DNA of 64,000 nt from the NCBI GenBank assembly GCA_000806115.1, contig JWKQ01000002.1:174551-238550 (forward strand), written 5' to 3'. The translations under genes and the position numbers were made by a program. The notes below the pieces were generated by a model. It was not told the origin of the DNA, did no database searches, and saw only the letters and a list, made by a program, of their open reading frames with translations. Below, piece after piece: positions 1-9,378 of the stretch (positions are counted from its first letter, which is position 1; the number at the start of each line of letters is the position of its first letter). The stretch is from an archaeon GW2011_AR5. Its GTDB lineage: Archaea; Aenigmatarchaeota; Aenigmatarchaeia; GW2011-AR5.

Positions 1-602
1 TCTCCCTCGCCTTCGAGCCTGTCATGATCACCCGTTGGACTCATGTCTTTGGGACACCAGATTACAGGATGAGTCCCCTGAACAACATACCCTTTCTTCT
101 TTAGTGAATTGTACTGCCACTCTACGAACCGCGAGAAGCCGGATGTCAGTGAGAGGGTGAATTTGCGCCGCCAGTCAATGGAAAATCCCGCAAGCTTTGC
201 GCTCTCCTCGATTTTCTCCGCCCAGAATTGCGCGACATATTTCGGGCCCTTTTTCTTGAAATTTTCTATGTCGCGCCCTGTGGCGCCGAAAAGTTTAAAG
301 GTGGATATCTGGCTTTCGTCCCCGCTTTTCAGCCGCTCGATTGCACCAAGAATCGGCTCCCCTGTTGCGTGGAAGCCCTGGGCGAGCAGAACATTGTACT
401 GTTGCATCCTCTTGAACCGCGCGTACGCATCCGTGCGCGTAAATGTGTATGAATGCCCGACGTGCCAGTTGCCGTTTACGTAGGGGATTACCATGGACGT
501 GAAAAATTTCTTGCGTGCTGACGGATTCGCTTCGAACAGCTTTGCCGCCGTCCATTTCTTCTGCCATTTTTTATCAAGTGCGGTAAAATCAATATCACTC
601 AT
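1..602 (-). CDS. leuS: Leucyl-tRNA synthetase, N-terminal part (runs off window start)
   Basis: Manual minus-strand translation from ATG at 602: MSDIDFTALDKKWQKKW...PYVNGNWHVGHSYT (HIGH motif)...GFHATGEPI...DWRRKF...WCPKDMSPTGDHDRLEGEG, typical of archaeal LeuRS. Confidence 0.93.
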   Translation of the reverse strand, partial: MSDIDFTALDKKWQKKWTAAKLFEANPSARKKFFTSMVIPYVNGNWHVGHSYTFTRTDAYARFKRMQQYNVLLAQGFHATGEPILGAIERLKSGDESQISTFKLFGATGRDIENFKKKGPKYVAQFWAEKIEESAKLAGFSIDWRRKFTLSLTSGFSRFVEWQYNSLKKKGYVVQGTHPVIWCPKDMSPTGDHDRLEGEG

Positions 603-627
603 AAGCAATCCTTGACATCTATGTTTT

Positions 628-723
628 TATAGTGAACCCAGAAAACAGGCTCGATATGAATTCTGAGTTCACATATAGTTCCCAAGGAAAATAATACCCA
701 AAATGTTTCCTTGGAGAACTATA
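628..723 (+). repeat. Family A double-hairpin element (MITE-like)
   Basis: TATAGTGAACCCAGAA..TTCTGAGTTCAC-ATATAGTTCCCAAGGAAA..TTTCCTTGGAGAACTATA; stems nearly identical to those at 27675 and 35605. Confidence 0.9.
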
Positions 724-760
724 AGGTATTAAGTGTTCAGGTTTCAATAATTGTAAAAAA

Positions 761-865
761 GGGCTCGTAGCTCAGCTTGGATAGAGCATCTAACCCCACG
801 GTGTGCAAGCCTTCTAAACGATAGAAGATAGCAGGGGGTCGCGGGTTCGAATCCCGTCGGGCCCA
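761..865 (+). tRNA. tRNA-Arg(TCT) with two introns (29/30 at 792-808; 37/38 at 817-829)
   Basis: Acceptor GGGCTCG/CGGGCCC, T arm GCGGG-TTCGAAT-CCCGT; BHB helices GCAT/GTGC and CTTC/GAAG. Confidence 0.88.
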
Positions 866-922
866 TATCCCCGCACTTTCAACCTTTTTAATATTAGCAG
901 TTAAAATCTTATTAGTGGTCGG

Positions 923-1690
923 ATGACTCGTATCATTGCTGTTGTTTCTGGGAAGGGTGGCGTGGGCAAGACAACCATGGTCGCCAACATAGGCACGGCT
1001 CTTTCGAATATGGGAAAAAACGTAATAATTCTTGACGCGAACCTCACAACGCCCAGCCTTGGAATGCACCTTGGCGTGCCGTTGTACCCGATAACGCTTC
1101 ACGACGTGCTCAAGGGGCGCGCCAACATCAGGGATGCGATTTACAAGCACGAGTCCGGAGTGAAGATAATTCCTGCCGGCATCTCTCTCCGTGATATGCG
1201 CGGCGTCGATTCAAAGGATCTGCCTAACGCGCTGCTCGACCTTCTGGGAAGCGCGGAAATAATAATTATTGACGCAGCCGCGGGATTAGGTCGTGAGGCG
1301 CTGGCTGCTATAGAAGCCGCGGATGAGATGCTGATAGTCACGAACCCTGAAATTTCTGCGGTGACAGACGCGCTGAAAGCCGTAAAGATAGCAGAACAGC
1401 TGGGAACGCACACGACAGGTTTTGTGCTCAACCGCGTAAGCGGCAAGAGTCATGAAATGACACAAAAAGACATACTTAACATGCTTGATAACGTCCCGTA
1501 TCTGGGACAGGTTTCTGAAGATGTCGCCGTCATGCGCGCCGTCTCCAGCAGGGTGCCTGTCGTGCGCCACAGCCCTTCTGCAAGGGCAAGCGGCGAGATC
1601 ATGAACATAGCTGCGTCCCTAGTTGGCGAAGAGACAAGAATCCGGGCTGTTACGCCATGGTACAGGAAGATGTTCCCTTTCATAAAATGA
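923..1690 (+). CDS. minD: MinD/ParA-family ATPase
   Basis: Deviant Walker A SGKGGVGKTT, IIIDAAAGLG, VTNPE motifs. Confidence 0.88.
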   Translation: MTRIIAVVSGKGGVGKTTMVANIGTALSNMGKNVIILDANLTTPSLGMHLGVPLYPITLHDVLKGRANIRDAIYKHESGVKIIPAGISLRDMRGVDSKDLPNALLDLLGSAEIIIIDAAAGLGREALAAIEAADEMLIVTNPEISAVTDALKAVKIAEQLGTHTTGFVLNRVSGKSHEMTQKDILNMLDNVPYLGQVSEDVAVMRAVSSRVPVVRHSPSARASGEIMNIAASLVGEETRIRAVTPWYRKMFPFIK

Positions 1691-1780
1691 GCTGATTCCA
1701 TGAGGAAGAAAAAGAAGCGCCTTTTGGATCCGGAGAGGGATATAGCGCCTATTAAAGGAAAAATTAAAAGAAGGATGTAA

Positions 1781-2095
1781 TTATCCGTAAACAATTACAC
1801 CTAATACTATTGAAAGATAAAGTATTATCCCAGTCGCCGACGAAATTATAACTGGCTTGTCCCTATGAACAATTCCGTAAAGGACCCAAAATATGGAGGT
1901 TATAGTGTAAGTCGCCCATGAAACAAGGGAAACTCCGGAAGCTGTTTTATTGCCCCATATTTCTATAACTTGAGGAAGGGTCATAACAAGGCCGGCAAAA
2001 ATAACAATATAGATGATTTTGTCCATTGCGCTTTTTATTTTATTATGATTGCGCTTGTCTTTTCTTTTAATTAAATGATGCAATGCGTGATGCAT
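1781..2095 (-). CDS. SemiSWEET/PQ-loop membrane transporter
   Basis: TLPQVIEIW..KTASGVSLVSW..FWVLYGI, three hydrophobic helices; start placed at MHHALHH. Confidence 0.75.
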   Translation of the reverse strand: MHHALHHLIKRKDKRNHNKIKSAMDKIIYIVIFAGLVMTLPQVIEIWGNKTASGVSLVSWATYTITSIFWVLYGIVHRDKPVIISSATGIILYLSIVLGVIVYG

Positions 2096-2096
2096 C

Positions 2097-3755
2097 TTAT
2101 CTACCCAGCATCCCGAATATTTCTTCAAGGCTTATCTCAAATGCAACAACCGGCTTTTCAAGCCCCCAGTTGTTCAGCACCTGCGGATGTATTTCGCCTA
2201 TGTATCCTGCAATGTCCTTGCCAATTATCACTTCGGCAGTCCTGCCTTCTATGAAACTCGGATGAGAGCACGCTTTTAGTTTGTACGATATTCCAAGGTT
2301 TCTTAGCATCGCATCAAGAGCGGACGAAATTGTCTCGTAGTTGACAACACTGGCAGAGACTGCGGCTGCAAGCTTCTGCACGTCTCTTGACCTTGTTTCG
2401 GTATTTGCATTAAGGATACAGTTGCCTATTTCGAATATGTTATGAGGATATTCTATATGCTGATTCCTGCTCAGGAATTCCATCATGCCCGGGAGAAGCC
2501 ATGTGCGAAAAACAGACCAGTTCGCGGACGTCGGTTTTTCTATTTCTATCGCATTTCCGTTCGTGTTCATCTTTGCATAAAGGTTGTCGGGGCTTGTAAG
2601 GGTGTATGAAAGTATTTCCTGGAAACCTGCGCCTAACATTGCATATGCCAAACTGTCAAGAAGAACCTGCTTTCTCGTAAGGCTGCCTTTCGTGGGCAGC
2701 TTTGGAGCTGCCGGCTCTATTTTATTGAATCCGTACGATATCAGGATGTCCTCGACAACATCCCTTTCGTGCATTATGTCAGACCTGTAAGCAGGATAGG
2801 AAAGGTCGATATATTTGCCGTTTATTTTAGCTTCATACATGGCTTTCTCAAGCAGGCTAATTATTTCTTTTGGAGGAAGGCTCAAGCCGGAAACTTTGCC
2901 TATATAGTCGCTCCTCACGCGGAATCTCTTCGGCGACAAATCGGGCGTTGCAAGAATTTTTTTGCCGTAAACTATGTCCACGCTGAATAGTGCGCAGCCG
3001 CGCTCGTGAAGCGCGGCAGCCATGACGTTGAGCGCGGTGTTGAGGAATTTCATGCTGAATCCGCTGCACTCGATGAATACGTCCTTCGTGCTTTCAGTAA
3101 CCTTGCCGCTGTGGTCGGAATTTATAATCGGAGGCATGGACAGGATTTCCCCCTGGGAGTCGACAAAAATTGGATACGCGTTTTTTCCCTTTAGAAGATG
3201 CCCGTATTCCTTGCCCTTCTGATGCCTTTCAAGGATTTCATCCGCGCTCATTTTATTTTTATGTTCAAGAGGCACGAATTTTATGTCACGGGGTTTGAGC
3301 GCCCTGAATGTCACAGGGAATTTTATTTTGTCCAGATCATAAACACCTATTGCAACTTCTTTCCTGTTTGCGCCGAATGTCCCGGAAATCTTTTCCTGAA
3401 GCTGCAACAGCTGGGACATTATTACGGCATTTATTTTCAGACCCTTTGCGATCATGCATACAGTATAAGGCCTTACGCCGCTGACGCTTGAATCAACAAT
3501 TACACTGGCGCCGGACTTCTTGATTGTATACTTTGGCATGCCAGGCTTGTATCTCGCCCTTATCTCTCTTGCGAGGCCTTCTACACTCCAGAGGTCCGGC
3601 CTGTTTGTGTCCTTTATGTCTATCTTGAGATTGTCGCCGTTTACGTCGTCAAGCTCGCTCTTCGCGTAGAGAAGTTCGTCGAAAAGCTGTTCGCCGGTAA
3701 GTTTGCGCCCGATAAGGCTGCACATGTCTTTTTGCGATACGTCTATTTTTGGCAT
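2097..3755 (-). CDS. pheT: Phenylalanyl-tRNA synthetase beta subunit
   Basis: DTNRPDLWSVEG, PAYRSDIMHERDVVEDI, FRTWLLPG, GEIHPQVL. Confidence 0.96.
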   Translation of the reverse strand: MPKIDVSQKDMCSLIGRKLTGEQLFDELLYAKSELDDVNGDNLKIDIKDTNRPDLWSVEGLAREIRARYKPGMPKYTIKKSGASVIVDSSVSGVRPYTVCMIAKGLKINAVIMSQLLQLQEKISGTFGANRKEVAIGVYDLDKIKFPVTFRALKPRDIKFVPLEHKNKMSADEILERHQKGKEYGHLLKGKNAYPIFVDSQGEILSMPPIINSDHSGKVTESTKDVFIECSGFSMKFLNTALNVMAAALHERGCALFSVDIVYGKKILATPDLSPKRFRVRSDYIGKVSGLSLPPKEIISLLEKAMYEAKINGKYIDLSYPAYRSDIMHERDVVEDILISYGFNKIEPAAPKLPTKGSLTRKQVLLDSLAYAMLGAGFQEILSYTLTSPDNLYAKMNTNGNAIEIEKPTSANWSVFRTWLLPGMMEFLSRNQHIEYPHNIFEIGNCILNANTETRSRDVQKLAAAVSASVVNYETISSALDAMLRNLGISYKLKACSHPSFIEGRTAEVIIGKDIAGYIGEIHPQVLNNWGLEKPVVAFEISLEEIFGMLGR

Positions 3756-5014
3756 TAAACTATCACCTGTTTTCTCAACCAATCAAGATTCTGGCTGAAC
3801 ATATCCCTGATGTCATTTATGCCAAGCTTGAACATTGCAAGCCTGTCAATGCCCAATCCCCATGCAATAACAGGAACGTCTATTCCGAGCGGCTTTGTAA
3901 GTTCCTCGCGAAATATACCGGCGCCGCCGAATTCAACCCAGCCAAGCTGCGGGTGCTTCGCAGAAAGCTGCACAGACGGCTCCGTGAAAGGGTAATAGTC
4001 CGGCATAAATTTTATTTTCTCCGTCCCGGCGAACTCAATCGCGAATTCTTTCAGCAGCCCGAGAAGGGCGCGGAAATTAAGCGATTCGTCAATGACAATC
4101 CCTTCAGTCTGGTTGAATTCACTTCCATGAGTCGCGTCTATTACATCGGGCCTGTAGCAGCGCAGTATGGCAAAATACTTCCCCGGAATGTCGGGTTTGT
4201 TTGCCATTGTCCGGGCTGACACCGCGGTTCCATGTGCCCTTGGCATCAACTGGGCAGCTTTCCTGGGATCCCATTTATACTGCCAACCGGTGCTGCCGGT
4301 ATTCCCGCCGTTTTCATGGGCAGCCTTGACGCGCTCAACTATCGACTTTTCGGGAAGTGACCCTTCTTTCGTGCTCTTCAGCGAGTATGTCTGCGTCCAG
4401 TCGCGGCTTGGATGGTTCTGCGGCTGAAACAGGGCGTCGAAATTCCAGAACTCAGTTTCGATGGTGGGACCTGTCATTTCCTGGAAGCCCATTTCTACAA
4501 GCTTGCGCCTCGCTTCCTGCAGGAACCTGTTGTACGGCTGGCGCTTGCCTATGTGCAGCGTCTTTCCGGCAGCCTCTACGTTATAAGGTTTAAGTCTTGT
4601 TTTCTTCCACACTCCGGTTTTTATTATGTCCGTGTTCAGGTTGATTATTTCCTTTCCCGCAAAGCGCTCGGCCCGTTCCACAATACCTTCGCCTTTTTTC
4701 TCCGCCAGTTTTCTCTGGATTAGGATTTGAAGTACGTCTTCCGGCAGTTCCTTTCCAGCCGCAAGATCCTTCATAGATTCTGTCTGCTCATCTATTCCCC
4801 TGATTTTGTCCTCAATGAGAATAAGGTTGCCGTGGGACACCTCGATGCATTTGTACTTCTTGCACCATTGGAGCGCAATAGAGAACTCGTTTCCCAGGAC
4901 ACCGCTCGCGTCTTTCATGCTGATGCCGTTCCTCTCCTTTATGAGCTCTATAAGCCTCTTCTCCGGCAAGCCGTGTTTGAGATAACGCTTTCCCTCGCCT
5001 GTTAATTCGTACAT
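3755..5014 (-). CDS. pheS: Phenylalanyl-tRNA synthetase alpha subunit
   Basis: FWNFDALFQPQNHPSRD, YYPFTEPS, AWGLGIDRLAM. Confidence 0.96.
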   Translation of the reverse strand: MYELTGEGKRYLKHGLPEKRLIELIKERNGISMKDASGVLGNEFSIALQWCKKYKCIEVSHGNLILIEDKIRGIDEQTESMKDLAAGKELPEDVLQILIQRKLAEKKGEGIVERAERFAGKEIINLNTDIIKTGVWKKTRLKPYNVEAAGKTLHIGKRQPYNRFLQEARRKLVEMGFQEMTGPTIETEFWNFDALFQPQNHPSRDWTQTYSLKSTKEGSLPEKSIVERVKAAHENGGNTGSTGWQYKWDPRKAAQLMPRAHGTAVSARTMANKPDIPGKYFAILRCYRPDVIDATHGSEFNQTEGIVIDESLNFRALLGLLKEFAIEFAGTEKIKFMPDYYPFTEPSVQLSAKHPQLGWVEFGGAGIFREELTKPLGIDVPVIAWGLGIDRLAMFKLGINDIRDMFSQNLDWLRKQVIV

Positions 5015-5055
5015 GTTAATCACTTGGCTGGCAGCTTATTAATCCGTTTTTTATT

Positions 5056-5283
5056 TCACGAAAAGAACCATTTATCACTGCCGTAATTCCTCTTTTTCTC
5101 GCGTTTATACCAGACGCTCACGGCTCTGCCGTCTCCCGTCACATATGTGCGGGCGGACCCGTGAAGCAGAAGCTCGCTTTTTGCCCTTTCAACATATTCC
5201 AGGAGGTCATTGGGACAGTCATGAATGCCGTATCTTGTAGTCGAGCCATTTTCCCTTATGCTAATCCTCAATCTCGAGTCCAT
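5056..5283 (-). CDS. Hypothetical protein
   Basis: 75-aa ORF co-oriented with, and overlapping the end of, the upstream HTH gene. Confidence 0.45.
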   Translation of the reverse strand: MDSRLRISIRENGSTTRYGIHDCPNDLLEYVERAKSELLLHGSARTYVTGDGRAVSVWYKREKKRNYGSDKWFFS

Positions 5284-5581
5284 TCAAACCCCTCCAACAA
5301 AGTTCTAGCCAAATATGTAAGCCTAATATGTCCATTGCTCTCTACAAGTCCGCATCTTTTCAACACTCTTATGGAGTTCCATATGGCAGATTCTGAACAG
5401 TTCAGTTCGGAAGAAACTGAGCGGACCATGCCGGAGATATTTTCAAGCTTTGATAGAGAAAGCCGCCTGAGTATGTGTCTCTGTTTTTGTGTCAGTCTTT
5501 CCTGGGCGATTTTTCGTGCAAGAATCAGATAGCTATAGCGATAATCTCTATAGCCTGCTTGAATTGGTACGGCATCGCCAT
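5268..5581 (-). pseudogene. Winged-helix HTH protein, apparently frameshifted by a 17-nt hairpin insertion
   Basis: C-terminal wHTH (SELNCSESAIWNSIRVLKRCGLV). ATG at 5581 follows GGAAGTG and is in frame only if 17 nt of the 5534-5552 TATAG..CTATA palindrome are removed. Confidence 0.5.
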
Positions 5582-5653
5582 CACTTCCATTTGCTTGGAT
5601 AAAGAGCTTTTTAAAACTATTCTGCAGGAAATGTTGGAGTTGAAATTGTTTTT

Positions 5654-5748
5654 TATAGCTGACCAACTTAATATTCAAGATCACAAGTTGGTCGCATATA
5701 GTGAATCAAGTTGTAATAATATCCGAATTCTTTACTTGTTTCACTATA
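5654..5748 (-). repeat. Family A element, divergent subtype (like 52106)
   Basis: 95 bp with TATAG..CTATA ends; stems GACCAACTT/AAGTTGGTC and GTGAATCAAGT/ACTTGTTTCAC. Confidence 0.75.
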
Positions 5749-5763
5749 AGTTGAAAGTTCAAG

Positions 5764-7272
5764 ATGGTTAATATGACTTCTAATTTTGAAAAAATAGAGG
5801 AAATAGCCCGGCGACGCGGTTTCTTTTGGATAGGGTCGGAAGTTTACGGCGGATTGTCGGGTTTCTACGATTACGCGCATCTCGGCTCCCTTTTGAAAAG
5901 CAGATGGGAAAGCGAGTGGCGAAAATTTTTTCTGGGACTTGATGACAACTTTTTCGAGATCCAGCCTGCAGAGATAATGCACGAAAGAGTTTGGCAGGCA
6001 TCCGGACACGTCGAGTCTTTCGTGGACCCTGTTGTGAAATGCAGGAAATGCGGGAACGTAGAGAGGGCCGACAAGCTTCTGGAGGAACAGCTGAAGGAGA
6101 GCTTTGAGGGCATATCCATGGAAGAGCTTGCGAAGGTTATCAAGAAACATAACATGAAATGTCCCAAATGCAAGGGGCAGCTTGAGGAGGTGGGCGTCCT
6201 CAACCTGATGTTCCCCATAACCATAGGAAATGATGTGCGTGCCTACCTTCGCGGCGAGACCGCGCAGGCTGCCTATCTAAATTTCAGGCGCGAGTTCGAA
6301 ACGCTTCGAAAGAGGCTTCCCCTCGGGCTTGCAATAATAGGCAAAGCTTTCAGGAACGAAATAAGCCCGCGCCAGCTTATTACCCGCATGCGCGAGTTCA
6401 CGCAGGCGGAGCTCCAGATATTTTTCGACCCGGAAAAAATGGAAGAGCACCGGAAATTTGGCGAGGTTAAGGACTACAAAATTCTCGTGATGCCGGTAAA
6501 GAACAGGGAAAACAACCAAATAGACGAAGTTTCCTGCGAAGAGATGACGAAGCATCTTCCGCGTTTCTACGTGTACCATATGGCAAAGGTTCAGCAGTTT
6601 TTCCTCGACGTACTTGGAATCCCAAGACATCTCTTTCGCTTCAAGGAACTTTCTGACGAGGAAAAGGCTTTCTACAACAAATACCACTGGGATATAGAGG
6701 TAAAACTTGAAAGCATAGGGGGATTTCTGGAGATAGGCGGCGTTCACTATAGAACAGATCACGACCTTGGGGCGCACCAGAAAATTTCCAAGCAGGACAT
6801 GTCTGTATTCGCTGATGGAAGAAAGTTCGTGCCTCACGTCCTCGAACTAAGCTTCGGTGTTGACAGGAATATTTATGCCCAGCTGGAGTTGTGCTATAAG
6901 GAGGACAGAGAAAGGAGTTTTTTCAATTTTCCGCGCAGGCTGGCGCCGTTTGACTGCGGCTTGTTCCCTCTTGTAAATAAGGACGGGATTGACGGGAAAG
7001 CGGAAGAGCTGAAGGCTTTCATGAAGGACTGCGGATTCTCCGTCTTCTATGACGATTCAGGGAGCATAGGACGCCGCTACAGGCGTATGGACGAGATAGG
7101 GGTTCCCGCTTCCATTACCGTGGACCATAGGACGCTCGAAGACAGAACAGTAACCATACGAGACAGGGATTCGATGAAGCAGATACGCATTCCCGTTGCA
7201 GACATGGCTGAAACCCTGAGGAAATTTATATCAGGGACGCCTATAGAAAGCCTTGGCACACCGGTAAAATAG
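5764..7272 (+). CDS. glyS: Glycyl-tRNA synthetase (alpha2 type)
   Basis: YLRGETAQ, FRNEISPR, REFTQAE, ELSFGVDR, GSIGRRYRR. Confidence 0.96.
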   Translation: MVNMTSNFEKIEEIARRRGFFWIGSEVYGGLSGFYDYAHLGSLLKSRWESEWRKFFLGLDDNFFEIQPAEIMHERVWQASGHVESFVDPVVKCRKCGNVERADKLLEEQLKESFEGISMEELAKVIKKHNMKCPKCKGQLEEVGVLNLMFPITIGNDVRAYLRGETAQAAYLNFRREFETLRKRLPLGLAIIGKAFRNEISPRQLITRMREFTQAELQIFFDPEKMEEHRKFGEVKDYKILVMPVKNRENNQIDEVSCEEMTKHLPRFYVYHMAKVQQFFLDVLGIPRHLFRFKELSDEEKAFYNKYHWDIEVKLESIGGFLEIGGVHYRTDHDLGAHQKISKQDMSVFADGRKFVPHVLELSFGVDRNIYAQLELCYKEDRERSFFNFPRRLAPFDCGLFPLVNKDGIDGKAEELKAFMKDCGFSVFYDDSGSIGRRYRRMDEIGVPASITVDHRTLEDRTVTIRDRDSMKQIRIPVADMAETLRKFISGTPIESLGTPVK

Positions 7273-7315
7273 ATTTAAACTGATATTTCGAATAAACTAA
7301 TAGGAGGTAGAAAAA

Positions 7316-7498
7316 ATGGCAAAAGTCGAAATGCTTGTTGTTAAGAGCAAAGTTCGTGACTACGCGAAGAAAAAGAAGGTAAACCTTGGCGGAGATGCTG
7401 CAGAAGCCCTGAGCAAGGAAGTAATGCGCCTTGTTGACAGAGCAGTGGAGCGCGCAAAGGCGAACAGGCGCAGCACGGTGAAAGGAAGAGATATTTAA
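7316..7498 (+). CDS. Archaeal histone-fold protein
   Basis: 60 aa ending RAKANRRSTVKGRDI (R-T-x-x-x-R-D histone motif); SD GGAGG. Confidence 0.85.
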   Translation: MAKVEMLVVKSKVRDYAKKKKVNLGGDAAEALSKEVMRLVDRAVERAKANRRSTVKGRDI

Positions 7499-7516
7499 TT
7501 GGGATTTTTATTTTCT

Positions 7517-8647
7517 TTATCTTCCTTTTCTCATCATCCTTCTTCTTTTTGTGTCGGTTTTTACCTTGCTGGACTTGTGAACCACTTCTTTCTCCATGTC
7601 GCTGAAAACTTCCTGAAGGACGTCTATCGGTTTCCAGCCCCATGAATGAGAGATAAAAAAACCTGTCGATGATTTGAAGCGCGCACGTATGGAATATTTT
7701 GCCTTCGGGCCCTGTTTGTGCATCTTGTCGACATGAACCGCAAGATATTCTATTCTAGGCGTTATCTTCGCCATCTTCTTTACGAAGTCCGTCACGGCTA
7801 TGTCCATCCTCGCCTTGAATTCTATGCTTTCGTCCTGCATTCCGGTTATCTGCACATAGACACCTTTCTGCGGCGCCTGGACGAACAGTTCAAGTATGTC
7901 CTTGTGGGTGATTATCTTCACGCCGCCATCCTGCACAATAACCTCTTCGTTGGTTTTTAGCAGGTCAATTATGTCTCCTATCTTCTTGTTAGTCCCGGCA
8001 ACCAGAGCCGGCCTCATTAGCGCAGTCACAGGCGTCTCTTCGAGCCCGACCTTTTCCCTTGCCGCCTTCTCCTGGGTACCGCCTCTTACTTCCATTGTTC
8101 CCCTACCCGTGAGGATCTTTATCATTTCGAGCGTACCGATTACGCCTTCAATCTTTTCGCCGTCGGTTATCGGGACGCGAGACACGTTCTTTTCAATGAA
8201 CAGTTTTTTGACCTGTCCAAAATTGCCTCGCTTGTCGATGCACTCCGCGGCTCCGGCAATCTGGCTTGCAGAATTGTCAAGTCCTCTTATGAACTGCTTC
8301 GCCACCTTCATGATATCGGTTTCCGATATTATTCCAACGATTTTTCCCGCGTCAGTGACTGGCACTGCGCGCATGGCGCTCGTAAGCAGGAGCTGTGCCG
8401 CGCTTTCGACGTTTGCATTTACATCGATATTCGGGACGTTTGTGGCAAAATTTTCAACCTTGGCAGAGGAAGCGTCTATCCTTTGGGTGACTATTTTTCT
8501 CAGTTCGATTATGCCGTAAAGGTTCTCGCCGCTCATAACAGGAAGCTGATGTATCTTGTGACGTTCCATCTTTCCAAGTGCTTGGCTCACATGCTCGTCG
8601 GGCCTCACGGATATTATGTTTTTTGTCATGAGTTCTCTTACATTCAT
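7517..8647 (-). CDS. CBS-domain protein with C-terminal HPF/RaiA-like domain (putative ribosome hibernation factor)
   Basis: Four CBS repeats (QLPV, AVPV, RVPI) followed by a ~90-aa alpha/beta domain (LAVHVDK..KYSIRARF..W..DVLQEVFSDMEKEV). Confidence 0.7.
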   Translation of the reverse strand: MNVRELMTKNIISVRPDEHVSQALGKMERHKIHQLPVMSGENLYGIIELRKIVTQRIDASSAKVENFATNVPNIDVNANVESAAQLLLTSAMRAVPVTDAGKIVGIISETDIMKVAKQFIRGLDNSASQIAGAAECIDKRGNFGQVKKLFIEKNVSRVPITDGEKIEGVIGTLEMIKILTGRGTMEVRGGTQEKAAREKVGLEETPVTALMRPALVAGTNKKIGDIIDLLKTNEEVIVQDGGVKIITHKDILELFVQAPQKGVYVQITGMQDESIEFKARMDIAVTDFVKKMAKITPRIEYLAVHVDKMHKQGPKAKYSIRARFKSSTGFFISHSWGWKPIDVLQEVFSDMEKEVVHKSSKVKTDTKRRRMMRKGR

Positions 8648-8655
8648 TCAATCAC

Positions 8656-9270
8656 CTACGGTTTGTGCCTTGTTATCTGATAAAATGTCACGTCGCTTTC
8701 ATTGTCAACAACCGCCCATAGCATTCTTGCGCGTATATTGTGAGCAAGCCGCACGCTCCGCGAAAGTTCGGCAAAGGACATCGTGAAGTCCTCAGGAACC
8801 GAAAAAACTATCCATTTTGTGTGCTCCTTGGCGCTTTTTGGGCCTTTCTTAAGCTGTACCCCCCGTTCATATACGCGGAAATCGCACCCGAACTTGAAGC
8901 CTGTGCGCACGAGCAGCCCGCGCTCCCTCAAATCTTCATAAACGCGGTATTTATGCGGAAATCTTTTATCTATTGAACACGCATGGTCATAAAGTTCCTT
9001 AAATGTTAGGAGTTTTCCGAGCGAAGAGACCCTTATCCTCCCGCGCTTCAGAAGAAGTGTCGCTTCGACCATGGCAAGTTCAAGCCTTTCGCCGAGCTCC
9101 TTGCCGTAATATCCCGGCTCATAAACATGTTCGCGGTTTTCCGTTGCTATTACCTTGTCCTCGGCAAGGATAGTGTCAACCACTATCTTCACAGGTTCCG
9201 GCTCGATGTATTCGTTGCCGACATCTGCCTGTTCCATTGAATCTCCGGATTTTTTGTTCTTTTTTGACAT
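8656..9270 (-). CDS. endA: tRNA splicing endonuclease (catalytic subunit)
   Basis: VYEDLRERG..RTGFKFGCDFRVY (catalytic Tyr)..EH (His)..VRLAHNIR. Confidence 0.92.
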   Translation of the reverse strand: MSKKNKKSGDSMEQADVGNEYIEPEPVKIVVDTILAEDKVIATENREHVYEPGYYGKELGERLELAMVEATLLLKRGRIRVSSLGKLLTFKELYDHACSIDKRFPHKYRVYEDLRERGLLVRTGFKFGCDFRVYERGVQLKKGPKSAKEHTKWIVFSVPEDFTMSFAELSRSVRLAHNIRARMLWAVVDNESDVTFYQITRHKP

Positions 9271-9378
9271 ATTATCGCCAGAAATAGACGTACCTAAAAG
9301 AAGGTAAGACGAATGCAGGATGCCCGGCATTCTTTGTCTACTCCGAAATTATAATCCTAGCGTATCTTTAAAAATCAG

